DNA of 64,000 bases from Nibricoccus sp. (GTDB lineage: Bacteria > Verrucomicrobiota > Verrucomicrobiia > Opitutales > Opitutaceae): assembly GCA_047602425.1 (NCBI GenBank), contig JASGHG010000001.1:2944001-3008000 (forward strand), given 5' to 3'. How positions within the stretch are numbered: the first letter of the stretch is position 1; every line of letters begins with the position of its first letter. Under the pieces are notes generated by a model, which searched no databases, was not told the DNA's origin, and worked only from the letters and a program-made list of their open reading frames with translations. Made by a program: the position numbers and the translations under genes. Positions 1-10,639 of the stretch are shown piece after piece.

Positions 1-107
1 ATTGAAACGGTCCAACTAAGCGGACGGGTGCGGGGATGGTCAACCCGGCGTTTGTGAAATCACGGAGGGTTTTGCGTTGCCGGTGATTGTTGATAGAAGT
101 TGTGCGC

Positions 108-2252
108 ATGCCCAACCGCCTCGCACAGGAAAAATCGCCTTATCTGCTTCAGCATGCCGACAACCCGGTGAACTGGCTGCCTTGGGGCGAGGACGCTTTT
201 GCAAAGGCGCGGACCGAGCAAAAACCGATTTTTTTGAGCATCGGATATTCGACGTGTCATTGGTGTCACGTGATGGCTCACGAGTCGTTCGAAAACACTG
301 AAGTCGCGGCCATACTTAACCAACACTTTGTGGCAATCAAGGTGGACCGCGAGGAGCGACCCGACGTCGACCGCGTGTACATGGCTTACGTGCAGGCGGC
401 GACGGGACACGGCGGCTGGCCGTTGAGCGCATGGCTGACACCGCAGTTGAAACCTTTTTACGGCGGCACGTATTTTCCACCCGAAGACTGGAATGGACGC
501 CACGGTTTCAAGGCGGTTTTGCGGGCGCTGGCGCACGCGTGGGAGACGGACCGCGAGAAAATCGAGGAGGAAGGCGAACGCGTGATCGGTTCTTTGCGGC
601 AGCATTTTGCCGAACAGGGTAAAACCGACACAATTCCCGGCGATCTTTCCGGCGCGGTGGCGGTGGCGCTGGGGGGAGCATTCCAATATTTTCACGAGTA
701 CTTCGACGGTGGTGAAGGCGGCTTTGGCGGAGCGCCGAAGTTTCCGCGGGCATCGAACATCGACCTGCTTTTGCGCTTTGTGGCGCGGGCGGGCCAGGAG
801 ACCGCACGCGGGCGCGAGGCCCTCGCTATGGCGGAACTGACCTTGCAGAAAATGGCGAAAGGAGGGATCCGCGATCACGTCGGCGGGGGCTTTCACCGCT
901 ATTCTGTCGATGATGAATGGTTTGTTCCGCATTTCGAGAAGATGCTCTATGACCAGGCGCAGATCGCGGCAAATTATCTGGAGGCATTTCGTGTGACGGG
1001 CCGGGAAGCATATGCCTGGGTGGCGCGAGATACGCTCGACTATGTTTTGCGCGATCTGCGGTCGGCCGATGGCGGATTTTTTTCCGCCGAGGATGCCGAC
1101 AGCCTGATTGCGCATGGAAAACCCGAGCACGCGGAAGGTGCGTTTTATCTTTGGACACAGGCTGAGCTTGAGCAGGCGCTCGGCGAAGATGCGCGTTTGG
1201 TCTGTGCGCATTTTGACGTGGAAGCGACGGGGAATGTAAGTCCTGAACGCGACGCACACGAGGAATTTGTCGGGAAAAACATTCTGCGCCAACGTAATGC
1301 CCTCGTGAATACAGCCGGCGCGCAGGGAATTTCTTCCGAGGATGCCGAAGTTCGGTTGAGCGCTGCATTGTTACGATTGCGCGAGGTGAGGGCGAAACGT
1401 CCGCGGCCCCATCTCGACGATAAAATCGTCACGGCATGGAATGGGCTGGCGATATCCGCGTTGGCGAAGGCGGGACGAATCCTGGGCGAACCGGTCTATG
1501 AGGCTGCGGCGACGCGCGCGGCGGAATTTTTGCAACGGGAACTGTACGATGAGCGTCGCGGAATCTTGTTTCGAAGCCACCGTCAAGGGCGCGGCGCCGC
1601 CGAAGGTTTTGCCGAAGATTATGCTTTTTTAATCGAAGGGTTGCTCGACCTCTATGAAACGACATTTGAAACGCGCTGGCTGCAATGGGCGCAGAGCTTG
1701 CAGGCGAAGATGAATGAACTTCTCTGGGACGAAGCGCAGGGCGGCTATTTTAATTCGGCGGCTGGCGATGCCAATTTGTTGCTCCGCTTGAAGGAAGAAT
1801 ACGACGGTGCGGAACCTGCGCCGAGTTCCGTGGCGATTTCGAATCTGGTTCGCCTGGCACCGCTTTCGGGTGACGAAGCGGTTTTCATGGAACGCGCGCG
1901 GCGGACGGGCGCGGCATTTCAAAAGCAGTGGAGCCGCGCGCCGCAGGCACTGCCGCGGATGTTATGTTCCTTGGAATTGGTTGTGGAAACGCCGGGACAG
2001 GTGGTGCTGACGGGCGATCCTCAATCAGCGGCTTTTCGCGAACTATTGGCGGTAGTCGACCGGTCGTTAGGGCCGCGTCGATTGGTCTTTGCGGCAAAGT
2101 CGGTTGCCGACTGGCAGTGGTTGGTGGGTCGCGCACCCTGGTTGCAAGCCATGAACAAAACGCCGGAGCGGGCGACGGCGTATGTGTGCGAGCACTACAG
2201 CTGCAAGGTGCCGGTGACGAGCGCGGCGGAATTGCACGCGCTGCTTAAATAA
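108..2252 (+). CDS. Thioredoxin-domain protein, YyaL/SSP411 (DUF255) family
   Basis: [50 protein letters not shown] at 108. Confidence 0.93.
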   Translation: MPNRLAQEKSPYLLQHADNPVNWLPWGEDAFAKARTEQKPIFLSIGYSTCHWCHVMAHESFENTEVAAILNQHFVAIKVDREERPDVDRVYMAYVQAATGHGGWPLSAWLTPQLKPFYGGTYFPPEDWNGRHGFKAVLRALAHAWETDREKIEEEGERVIGSLRQHFAEQGKTDTIPGDLSGAVAVALGGAFQYFHEYFDGGEGGFGGAPKFPRASNIDLLLRFVARAGQETARGREALAMAELTLQKMAKGGIRDHVGGGFHRYSVDDEWFVPHFEKMLYDQAQIAANYLEAFRVTGREAYAWVARDTLDYVLRDLRSADGGFFSAEDADSLIAHGKPEHAEGAFYLWTQAELEQALGEDARLVCAHFDVEATGNVSPERDAHEEFVGKNILRQRNALVNTAGAQGISSEDAEVRLSAALLRLREVRAKRPRPHLDDKIVTAWNGLAISALAKAGRILGEPVYEAAATRAAEFLQRELYDERRGILFRSHRQGRGAAEGFAEDYAFLIEGLLDLYETTFETRWLQWAQSLQAKMNELLWDEAQGGYFNSAAGDANLLLRLKEEYDGAEPAPSSVAISNLVRLAPLSGDEAVFMERARRTGAAFQKQWSRAPQALPRMLCSLELVVETPGQVVLTGDPQSAAFRELLAVVDRSLGPRRLVFAAKSVADWQWLVGRAPWLQAMNKTPERATAYVCEHYSCKVPVTSAAELHALLK

Positions 2253-2296
2253 AACGCCTGATGCAAAACGGTGGCAATGAGCCCCGTTGTTTTCAC

Positions 2297-2788
2297 TCAG
2301 CTGCTTTCGGCGACTTCAAGGTGTGCCTGCATTTCCTCGGAGGACCGCGCGGAACGTGCGGCCACGAGGTCGCGGATATTTTCGAGGATCGTGATGATTT
2401 CCGGTCGGCCGGAGGCGAAGAGAAGCGCGCGAATTTGGTCCACCGTAAGATGTTCAGCAATCACGGTGTCGGCGAGCAATTGCGCCGCTTCCTGCTCGGT
2501 GGCGCGATAGCGGGCGATTTTTTTGCGAGCCTCTTCCGTGCTTTGTTCGGAGGTGAGGTTGACGCCGCTGACGGCTTCAAGCCAGAGCAGGGCAATGCTC
2601 TTGAGCTCGGCGGATTCCTGCCCGTAGCCCATGACGGTCATGAGCTCGGCGATCGTTTTGAACTTAACCGGCCGGCCGCTCTCAACGTTTATCACGGTGT
2701 TGCGGTGGCAGGCAGCTTTGCGGGCGAGGCCTTCGTGGGTCAGCCCTTTGATTTCCCTGAGGTTGCGGAATAGCTGGGTGTAGTGCAT
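2297..2788 (-). CDS. XRE-family HTH transcriptional regulator
   Basis: LREIKGLTHEGLARKAACHRNTVINVESG; likely ATG at 2788. Confidence 0.8.
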   Translation of the reverse strand: MHYTQLFRNLREIKGLTHEGLARKAACHRNTVINVESGRPVKFKTIAELMTVMGYGQESAELKSIALLWLEAVSGVNLTSEQSTEEARKKIARYRATEQEAAQLLADTVIAEHLTVDQIRALLFASGRPEIITILENIRDLVAARSARSSEEMQAHLEVAESS

Positions 2789-3069
2789 GCGGTCTTTTGT
2801 ATGTGGATGCTGAGGGGTGTGGCGTGATGCTAAGTCAACGGCGTCGTGAGGACGAAGCCCGTACGTACCTTGTAGCGGGTAGTTGTCTACCGGCCGGGTG
2901 GTTTGCCGGTTGACAATTGTTGGGCGTACACAGAGCGTTGACGTATGCCGATTGCTAACATCGAGCACGGAATGTCGGACGTCAATGCGTTACATGCAAG
3001 TTGTAGCGAAAAAGTGGTTACAAATCAAAATCCGTCCCTAACTAGCTGCCATCGGGAGGTGTGGTGACG

Positions 3070-3429
3070 ATGGCCCGGGTGCTGGTGGTCGACGACGACA
3101 ACGCGGTGCGCGAAGTGCTGCAATTGATCCTGCGGCGCGCCGGTTACGACGTGCATGTGGCGGGCAACGGCTTGGAAGCCCTGGAGAAGATGCGGACTGG
3201 CGGTGCGGACTTGGTATTGCTCGATATTGAGATGCCCGGAATGAACGGGCTGGAATTTTGCGAGCAGTTGCGCGCGGATCCCGCCTGGCAAAAAATCCCT
3301 GTGATCATGATGACGGGACGGCCGGTGCAGGGACTTTCGGAAAAAGCGAACCGCGTGGGGGCAATCGAATTGGTTAGCAAACCGTTTGAACGCGTGACGT
3401 TGTTGGAAAAAATCAAAGCTTCGCTTTGA
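3070..3429 (+). CDS. Single-domain response regulator (CheY-like)
   Basis: VLVVDDD...LLDIEMPGMNG...SKPF. Confidence 0.9.
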   Translation: MARVLVVDDDNAVREVLQLILRRAGYDVHVAGNGLEALEKMRTGGADLVLLDIEMPGMNGLEFCEQLRADPAWQKIPVIMMTGRPVQGLSEKANRVGAIELVSKPFERVTLLEKIKASL

Positions 3430-3581
3430 GAGACTTGAGAGTGCAATGGGTGCCCGGGGAAAGATAGGTCGAGCGGCAGTGGGGAACTTCGAAAAATTCG
3501 TAAACCCAAAGTAAAAGCGGCTGCGGCGGGCGTTTTTGGCTGATACCCAGGGACAACCCCTCAAACCATACGTCACCACAC

Positions 3582-6386
3582 ATGCACGACTCGGGGACAG
3601 TCCGTATACTATTAGTTGGGGACGACGAGTCTGACGACAGGTTGCTGCGGCGGCTGTTGATCGAGGCACGGAGGCCCGAATGGGGATTCGCCTGGCTGCG
3701 TTCCCCCGATGCCGCGCTGGCGCGTTTGATGCAGGAAGGTTGTGAGGTTGCACTGGTGAGCGAGCAATTGGGAAGGCAGAGTGGATTGGAGTTGGTTCGG
3801 CAGGCGCTGGCCCGCGGCTCGAAAGCGGCATTTATTTTGCTGACGGAAAACGAAGACCGGGAGATGCAAGAGGAAGCGTTGAGGGCGGGGGCGGCAGATA
3901 CATTGCCCCGCAACGAACTCTCAGGCACGCTGCTCGAAAGGCTGGTGCGCGCGGTGGTCGAGCGCCAGCGGGTACGCGAGGAATTGCAGGAGAGCGAGGA
4001 ACGTTTTCGCTCGCTTGCGGCCGCGACGCCGTTGCCGCTCTACGTGAAGGGGGCGGACGGCCGCGGAGTTTTTTTCAATCAAAGTTGGCTCGATTTTCGT
4101 GGGCGCGGCCTGGTGCAGGAATGCGGGGATGGCTGGCAGGAGGGATTGCATCCGGAGGATCGCGCGCGAATTCTCGCGTTTCTCGCGAACGCGACTCATC
4201 AGAAAACTCCTTTCGAGATCGAATATCGCGTGCGTCGACGCGATGGCGAATTTTGCCGCATGCTCGATGTGGGCCGGCCCCGTTTTGCCCCTGGCGGAAA
4301 GTTCGTCGGTCACGTTGGGACGTTGACGGAGATTCCGGCCCAGTCGCGGCTGGAGCACGATGTCGCGCTCGCGCGCGAGGAGGCGGTGAGCGCGTCGCGC
4401 CTCAAGTCCCAGTTTCTCTCCAACATCAGCCACGAAATTCGCACGCCGATGAACGGGATCATCGGCATGGCCGGCCTGTTGCTCGATACGCCCCTGACGC
4501 CGGAACAGCATGAACTGGCCGAAGCGGTGCAGAAGAGCGCGGACGTGCTATTGGGCGTGGTTAACGATATACTTGATATCGCCAAAATCGAGACGGGCCG
4601 CCTGCAGGTGGACGCGGTTGAACTGGAGTTGCGCAGCCTGATCGAGGACACGGTGGCGCTGCTGGGCGAGCGCGCGCAGGACAAAGGACTGGAACTCGTT
4701 TGCGAGATCGAGCAGGACATGGCGACGTTGCTGCGCGGAGATCCCGGGCGGTTGCGGCAAGTGCTCGCGAACCTGGTGGGCAATGCCGTTAAGTTCACCG
4801 AGGAGGGCGAGGTGCTGGTGAGCGCGCGCCGGGTGGAGGAGACGGAATCGATTTTGGTGTTTCGCGTCGAAGTGAAGGACACGGGCATCGGCATCACGCC
4901 CGAGGCGCAGAAATTGCTTTTCCAACCCTTTGTGCAAGCCGATGGCGGCCCGGCGCGGCGGCATGGTGGCATGGGACTTGGTTTGGCTATTTCGCGCCAG
5001 CTGATCGAATTGATGGGCGGGCGGCTGGGCCTGGAGAGTCAGCCGCAAAAAGGTTCTCTCTTCTGGTTCGAGTTGTCGTTGCCCAAGCTCGTGGGCGGCG
5101 GCGCGACGGTGGCCGCACATGCACGGCTGCCGCACGAGCCTTCGGTGCTGGTGGTCAATACCAGTGCGACGAACCGTCGCGTCCTGCTTAACCAATTGGC
5201 TGAACTCGGCGTGATGGCCGAGGCGGCGGGGGGCGCGGCCGAGGCTTTTTCGTTGTTGCGAATGCGGGCCAACGCGGGCCGACCGTTTGACATGGCCATG
5301 ATCGACCGGATGCTTCCCGGCACCAGCAGTCGCCAGTTGGCCCGGGAAATCCGGGCGGATTCCGCGCTGTGCTCGACGGCCCTGATCATGGCGACCTCGG
5401 CAAGTCACCTGGCGGAATTGCAGGGATTCAAGCAGAGTGGATTCGATGCCTTCCTTTTAAAACCCATTCGCCAGAGCCAATTGCGCCAGTGCCTGCTGCG
5501 ACTGTTGACCCGTCCGGTGCCAAACCGGTCCGGAGAGCGGAGATCCGCCCACCCATTCGTTCCGGAAATATCGCCGACGCGGCGCGGAGGGTTGCGGGTG
5601 CTGATTGTGGAGGACAATTACGTCAACCAAAAGGTCGCCCAGCGGCACGTCGAGCGGTTGGGACATCTGGCGGAAACGGCGGAGAACGGCGCGCAGGCTC
5701 TCGATATGCTGGCTTTGCAGCGTTACGACATCGTTTTCATGGACTGCCTCATGCCGGTATTGGATGGTTATGAAGCCACGCGCCGGATTCGCGCCGGGCG
5801 TGTGCCCAATCTCGATCCCAATCTTCCGGTCATCGCCTTCACCTCGTATGCGAACGAAACCGACCGCCAGAAATGCCACGCGGCGGGGATGGATGACGTG
5901 GTTTCGAAGCCCGTGAGATTCGAGGATTTTCAGGCCGTGCTCGAGCGCCGGGTGGTGAAGAATGGCGAACGCCACGTGATTCGTTCCGATTCCCAAGTGC
6001 CGTTCGAGAGAGACTTCGCTGTGCTCGATCGCAGCCGGCTCGATCACCTTTACGGACAGCATGCGGGCGACGAGGAATTTATTTGCACGTTGATCGATTT
6101 GTTTTTGGCGGAAACGCCGCGTCGCATCGAAGAGCTGAAGGCCGCCCGCTCCCGCGGCGATTTGCGCGCCTTGGCGAATCTCGCCCATACCGTTCAAGGC
6201 GCTGCCGCCAATCTCGGCGCCCGCGCGCTGGAGCAACATTGTTTGCGGCTCGATGAAATGGCGCAGGCAGGGCGCATGGGGGAAATTGATATTTTGATCG
6301 CCGGTCTCGACGAAGAGCTTGCCCGGCTCGCTTCGGCCTTAGATAAACAGAAGCAAAAGGCCTCCCTTGAAAATCCTCACCGTTGA
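3582..6386 (+). CDS. Hybrid sensor histidine kinase (REC-PAS-HisKA-HATPase-REC-REC-Hpt)
   Basis: SHEIRTPMNG H-box, NLVGNAVKFT, DTGIG, GMGLGL, FMDCLMP, LAHTVQGAAANLGA (Hpt). Confidence 0.93.
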   Translation: MHDSGTVRILLVGDDESDDRLLRRLLIEARRPEWGFAWLRSPDAALARLMQEGCEVALVSEQLGRQSGLELVRQALARGSKAAFILLTENEDREMQEEALRAGAADTLPRNELSGTLLERLVRAVVERQRVREELQESEERFRSLAAATPLPLYVKGADGRGVFFNQSWLDFRGRGLVQECGDGWQEGLHPEDRARILAFLANATHQKTPFEIEYRVRRRDGEFCRMLDVGRPRFAPGGKFVGHVGTLTEIPAQSRLEHDVALAREEAVSASRLKSQFLSNISHEIRTPMNGIIGMAGLLLDTPLTPEQHELAEAVQKSADVLLGVVNDILDIAKIETGRLQVDAVELELRSLIEDTVALLGERAQDKGLELVCEIEQDMATLLRGDPGRLRQVLANLVGNAVKFTEEGEVLVSARRVEETESILVFRVEVKDTGIGITPEAQKLLFQPFVQADGGPARRHGGMGLGLAISRQLIELMGGRLGLESQPQKGSLFWFELSLPKLVGGGATVAAHARLPHEPSVLVVNTSATNRRVLLNQLAELGVMAEAAGGAAEAFSLLRMRANAGRPFDMAMIDRMLPGTSSRQLAREIRADSALCSTALIMATSASHLAELQGFKQSGFDAFLLKPIRQSQLRQCLLRLLTRPVPNRSGERRSAHPFVPEISPTRRGGLRVLIVEDNYVNQKVAQRHVERLGHLAETAENGAQALDMLALQRYDIVFMDCLMPVLDGYEATRRIRAGRVPNLDPNLPVIAFTSYANETDRQKCHAAGMDDVVSKPVRFEDFQAVLERRVVKNGERHVIRSDSQVPFERDFAVLDRSRLDHLYGQHAGDEEFICTLIDLFLAETPRRIEELKAARSRGDLRALANLAHTVQGAAANLGARALEQHCLRLDEMAQAGRMGEIDILIAGLDEELARLASALDKQKQKASLENPHR

Positions 6387-6969
6387 AGACGACCTCGTTG
6401 CACGTAAAATCCTAGTGCAAGCTCTGCATCGCCTGGGCTACGCCACGGCTGAGGCGGCCAATGGCGAAGAAGCGCTTCAAGTCATCGAAAAGGAGCCCGT
6501 GCGGGTGATCGTGAGCGATTGGCTGATGCCGGGAATCGACGGGCTTGAGCTGTGCCGGCGCATCCGCTTTCGGGTCAACAGCGAATACACTTATTTCATT
6601 TTGCTCACCAGTCGCGAAGCCGATTCGACGAATCAGCGCGAGGCGATCGAAGCGGGCGTGGACGATTTTCTGACGAAACCGCTCGACATGCAGGAGCTTT
6701 GGATGCGGCTGCACGTTTCCGAGCGTATTCTGAAATTCACTACACAAGTCCGGCAACTGGAGGCGTTTCTCCCGATCTGTTCGTACTGCAAGAAAGTGCG
6801 CGACGACCAGAATTACTGGCAGCAGATCGAGGCTTACATCAACGAGCGCACCGGCAGCGAATTCAGTCATTCGATCTGCCCCGACTGTTATCAACGCGTG
6901 ATCGTCCCTGAGTTGGAACGCATGAAAATTCCGCTGCCCAAGCCAAAGGTCGAGCGCCCAAAGGGTTGA
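6367..6969 (+). CDS. Response regulator with C-terminal Cys-rich tail
   Basis: ILTVEDD, VSDWLMPG; LPICSYCKKVR...SHSICPDC; TTG start overlapping the kinase stop. Confidence 0.88.
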   Translation: MKILTVEDDLVARKILVQALHRLGYATAEAANGEEALQVIEKEPVRVIVSDWLMPGIDGLELCRRIRFRVNSEYTYFILLTSREADSTNQREAIEAGVDDFLTKPLDMQELWMRLHVSERILKFTTQVRQLEAFLPICSYCKKVRDDQNYWQQIEAYINERTGSEFSHSICPDCYQRVIVPELERMKIPLPKPKVERPKG

Positions 6970-6991
6970 TCGCTCCGGCTCGAAAAACCAC

Positions 6992-7198
6992 ATGGACCAA
7001 GCGCAACAAATTGCCCGGCTTGAGGAGCGGCTGGCCTGGCTGGAACGTCACGTCGTCGAGCAAGACAAGGTGATGCTCGAAATGTCGGAGGATATCATGC
7101 GGCTGCATCGCGAACTACGCGCCATGCGCGATCGCCTGCCCTCGGGCACCCCGGGCGAACCTGACGATACCGCTAACGAACGTCCGCCGCACTATTGA
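6992..7198 (+). CDS. slyX: SlyX family protein
   Basis: IARLEERLAW...C-terminal ERPPHY. Confidence 0.8.
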   Translation: MDQAQQIARLEERLAWLERHVVEQDKVMLEMSEDIMRLHRELRAMRDRLPSGTPGEPDDTANERPPHY

Positions 7199-7424
7199 TT
7201 GTTGCGGATGGAGCAGGGTTTATTTGATCGGAATCTGGCCTGATGACGGGACCTGGATTTTAGGTCCGACCCGATAGCCGGATTTAGTCGCGCAACCGGT
7301 GCAGAAGAAACCGAGCAAAAACACAATTGCGGCCGAAGCCCAGAGTTTGTGAAGCATTGAGTTTGCGATCTTGGCGGGGCGGATTCGTTCGGTCGATCGT
7401 GAAAAGTGGCGAAAACTCGCAACC

Positions 7425-9023
7425 TTAGTTGAAGCTGGCCATGACTTCATGCTGATGTCCGGGGGCAATCGAGAGCGTGCCCACGTTGGAACATTCCTGC
7501 GTGTCGTTTTTGTAGAGCTTGAGTTGCACGGGACCGGTGGCGTCGGCGGATTCCCAGCGCCATTTGCCGATGGAGACAAATTGGAGCGGAACGCCGCGAT
7601 CCCAAGCAAGGCCGGGACCTTCGCCGCGGACGTATAATTTATTTCCGATGCCAATGTAGGCGGTGACAATCAAGCGGGTGAGTCCGTCGGCGGAAACCGC
7701 GGGAATCGCTTCGTCGGGTGCGAGTTGGGAGAAATCGCTGGCCGGTTCAAGCTCGATGCCAAGGGTGAGCTCGTTGTCGGTGACCACTGGTTTGCGAGAA
7801 GCGCGTTTGCGAATGGGCTTTTCCTCGGTGAGCAAGGCGGTCGGCACGTCCTCGGCCGCGGGCTCCAGCAAGGCGGAGGTTTCCGGAGTGGAATTTGGAG
7901 CGCGGTGGGGCGAGGTTTCCGAAAAGGACTTGGTGGCCAACGGTGGTCGGGTGGCGGGCTTTTCGGCTGGCGCGGAGCCGGTTTTGGCAATGGGGAATTT
8001 TGAAGGGGAAGGCGGGCTGTCCGCGCTCTCGGCCGAAATTTCGGCGGAGGTATTCGGAGAGTCGGAAGGAGAAATATTGGTGTCTGGCTCAACGGACGGC
8101 GCAGGCGCGGGTATTTCGAACGGGGGAGTGGTGGCCGCCTGCGTCGGAGGGCGCGAGCTGGTGCTGGTGACTGGTTTGGCCGCGATTACCGAGGGAGTTT
8201 CAGCAGCCTGGGTCGTCGCCGGCTTGGCCGCAGGAGTCTCGATTTTAGCACTGGCTATTTGTTCGGAAAGTTTGTCCGCAAAGCTGGAAAATTTCTGGTC
8301 GAGGCGGGCGATGGCGCTCGCGACGGATTCCTGGAGGGCGTCAAGGGCGGCCGTGTGGGCGGTGGAGAGGGATTTTTCAGCGGCGTGGCGGGCCGATTCG
8401 ATGGATTTCGCGGCGGAATCGGCCGACTTGCCGGCGTCGGCGGTGAAACGGGCCAGCGATGCGTTTAGCTCTTTGAGATGTTTTTGGGTGGTGGCTTCGA
8501 GGTTGGAAAGCTCGAGGGCGATCTTCCGCACGCCGGTCAGCGCGGTTTCGAGACGTTCGGTTTCGCTGGTGCGCAGCGTGTTGACCTCCTGCGAGAGGGC
8601 CTCGTTTTCGGTGACGGCGACCTCGTTGAGCTGGGTTTTGAACTCGTTGATTTTTTCCTGAAGCTTGTGGGGAAGGGCTTCACCGAGTTTGAGGGCGCGC
8701 GCGGTGTGGTCGGCGAGCGTATGCAGACTGGCGGCGGCGATGCTAATCTGTTCGGCCGAACTGGCGGTGGTTTGTGCGAGCGCGGAGATTTCGCGCTGGC
8801 GGTCGGCAAGGGCGAGGTCCTGTTTGCGCGTGTGATTCAGGACAAATGGAATGACCGCGACCACGGCGCCGAGGCAGACACAAACGGTGATGGCGATGAG
8901 CGGCAGTCCGTTGAGAGGAGCTTGGGCCTGACTGGAGATCAGAATAGCAGTGGCGACTAAGAGGGCGTCACCGGCGAGGAAGGGCCAGGGGTTGAGGGGT
9001 GGAGCCTCATCATGAATGTGCAT
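7425..9023 (-). CDS. Membrane-anchored coiled-coil protein with Pro/Ser/Thr linker and small C-terminal beta domain
   Basis: Two N-terminal hydrophobic helices, heptad region, low-complexity linker, C-terminal YIGIGNKLYVRGEGPGLAWDRG motif. Confidence 0.7.
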   Translation of the reverse strand: MHIHDEAPPLNPWPFLAGDALLVATAILISSQAQAPLNGLPLIAITVCVCLGAVVAVIPFVLNHTRKQDLALADRQREISALAQTTASSAEQISIAAASLHTLADHTARALKLGEALPHKLQEKINEFKTQLNEVAVTENEALSQEVNTLRTSETERLETALTGVRKIALELSNLEATTQKHLKELNASLARFTADAGKSADSAAKSIESARHAAEKSLSTAHTAALDALQESVASAIARLDQKFSSFADKLSEQIASAKIETPAAKPATTQAAETPSVIAAKPVTSTSSRPPTQAATTPPFEIPAPAPSVEPDTNISPSDSPNTSAEISAESADSPPSPSKFPIAKTGSAPAEKPATRPPLATKSFSETSPHRAPNSTPETSALLEPAAEDVPTALLTEEKPIRKRASRKPVVTDNELTLGIELEPASDFSQLAPDEAIPAVSADGLTRLIVTAYIGIGNKLYVRGEGPGLAWDRGVPLQFVSIGKWRWESADATGPVQLKLYKNDTQECSNVGTLSIAPGHQHEVMASFN

Positions 9024-9181
9024 AGGCGATGCGCTGCGACCGAAGTTTTCTGCGACGGGAAATAATTTTTCTCAAGGCCAAAGCCACGCTGTCGCCGGCA
9101 ATTTTTTATCCAAAGGATGTGACATTGGCGACTGACTCCCTAGATCGCTTCAGTAATTTTATTGGCGGTGTCAAAATGTTA

Positions 9182-9200
9182 TGTCATCTAATAGATGACA
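9182..9200. repeat. Palindrome TGTCATCTAATAGATGACA (copy 1)
   Basis: Perfect 9-bp arms; recurs at 9255, 44132 and 57935. Confidence 0.85.
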
Positions 9201-9254
9201 AGTGTATTTTGGGATAGTTACGATACGGAAACTCGCAGAAAATGGCGCGGATGG

Positions 9255-9279
9255 GTTTGTCGTCCATTAGATGACAAAC
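9255..9279. repeat. Degenerate palindrome copy GTTTGTCGTCCATTAGATGACAAAC (copy 2)
   Basis: Two substitutions relative to the core of copy 4. Confidence 0.7.
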
Positions 9280-9545
9280 TTGCTGGGTGGGGACGGCGGA
9301 TGGGCAACCCCGAAATGTGCAATCGAATAGGGACGTCGTTTGTTGAATTCAGATATCGTTTGCTGAAATGCCCGCCGTGTACGGAGACGTCACTTGCCCG
9401 GGATGAGACGGTGGGCGTGGCACTTGGCTGGGGGATGGAAGGGGAGCGTGGTCGTCGCGGCGGGGAGGTGGGGCGGCAGAAATCTGAGTCTGCGACGCAG
9501 GCGGGCAAAGTGGAGGCCGACCGCGGGTGGACAAAAAACAGGCCG

Positions 9546-9914
9546 TCAGAGCCGGCGCCAGATTACGGCGGCGAGCGAGAGAAGCATGCCGATGCGGATC
9601 GCGCCTTCAAAGGTGAGCACGACTAGCACCCACTTGAGGCCGCAGTTGCGCCGAATCGAATAGCCCACGATCGTGATGACGATCATCGCAGCGACTTGTC
9701 CGCGGCCAATCGGCTGGAGAAGCATCGTGAACTGCCAGAGCCAGAAGAGCACGAGGCTGGCGCTCCACCCGAAGGCAAGCGATTCGCGCGGTCCGTTTTG
9801 GCGCGGGTCGGTGCCGGCCTCGATTTGTTTCACCCCCAGGAAACGTTCGCAGGCGACGAGCTGCGCGATTTCCGCGACCATCCAGAGAGGGGTGAGATAA
9901 ACGAGGGGCCACAT
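9546..9914 (-). CDS. Small integral membrane protein
   Basis: 122 aa with several hydrophobic segments; co-oriented with upstream gene. Confidence 0.65.
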   Translation of the reverse strand: MWPLVYLTPLWMVAEIAQLVACERFLGVKQIEAGTDPRQNGPRESLAFGWSASLVLFWLWQFTMLLQPIGRGQVAAMIVITIVGYSIRRNCGLKWVLVVLTFEGAIRIGMLLSLAAVIWRRL

Positions 9915-9920
9915 GCCAAC

Positions 9921-10439
9921 TCAGGGTTTGGCGCTGACGGTGAGTTCGGTCACTTCGCGACTGAAAACGAGGGTCTGCTTGATCGCGCCGTCGCGCAAAT
10001 CGACCGAGTTGATCTGGTCGGGGAGGCGTTCGAGGAGAAGGGTATTCGCGACGCGCAGGCCTTGGAGGCTGCCATTGAGCGGGGTTTCAAAAAAGAGAAA
10101 GAGCTGTTTTTCCGCGACGTCGTGGCCAGCCCACTCCAGGCGAAGAGCGTCGCCGCGCGGAGAGGTGAGGCGGAGTTTTTCGCGCACATACTCGAGAGCG
10201 AGGGGGGCGAGTTCGCCGGGTTCGGAGGCGGAGATTTTATGTTTGGCGCGTTCGGAGAGGACGGCTTCGAGGTCGGCGGTTTGTACGCGAACGGTGAGAA
10301 GGAGGCGGCCGCGTTCGCGGTTGAGAGTGGCCTCGGTCAGGCTGAGATGAAGGGGGGCCGATGGCTCGGCTCGCAGCGGCGAGAACACACAGGCGAGAAT
10401 AAGAAGACAGACGAGACGAGGGAGTCTGGCGATAAGCAT
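9921..10439 (-). CDS. Exported protein, DUF6702-like
   Basis: Signal peptide; HLSLTEATLN...DLEAVL...NTLLLERLPDQIN; start approximate. Confidence 0.6.
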   Translation of the reverse strand: MLIARLPRLVCLLILACVFSPLRAEPSAPLHLSLTEATLNRERGRLLLTVRVQTADLEAVLSERAKHKISASEPGELAPLALEYVREKLRLTSPRGDALRLEWAGHDVAEKQLFLFFETPLNGSLQGLRVANTLLLERLPDQINSVDLRDGAIKQTLVFSREVTELTVSAKP

Positions 10440-10639
10440 GAGATGAAGAATGGGCAGGCGGGCGGGCCGGATGTTCCGGGAAAATTTACCGAAGGGCAAC
10501 CGCGAGCTGGCGCAGCTTGACGATTTTTTGCACGGATTGGGCTAAAATTGATGCAACGCCCACCGGTGTTGGGCGTCTATTTTCAGCGGGGCTGCGCTGG
10601 ACAAGTACCCCGCCGACCGAATAAACACTCTTCACCACC

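Noticed and set aside
60..1292. Long antisense/alternate-frame ORFs (also 24443-26107, 59748-61652, 16436-17731 and others)
   Set aside because: Shadows of well-supported genes on the opposite strand in GC-rich DNA; no motifs.
2843..2857. GTCGTGAGGACGAAG resembling hammerhead stem II
   Set aside because: No CTGANGA core and GAAG instead of GAAA.
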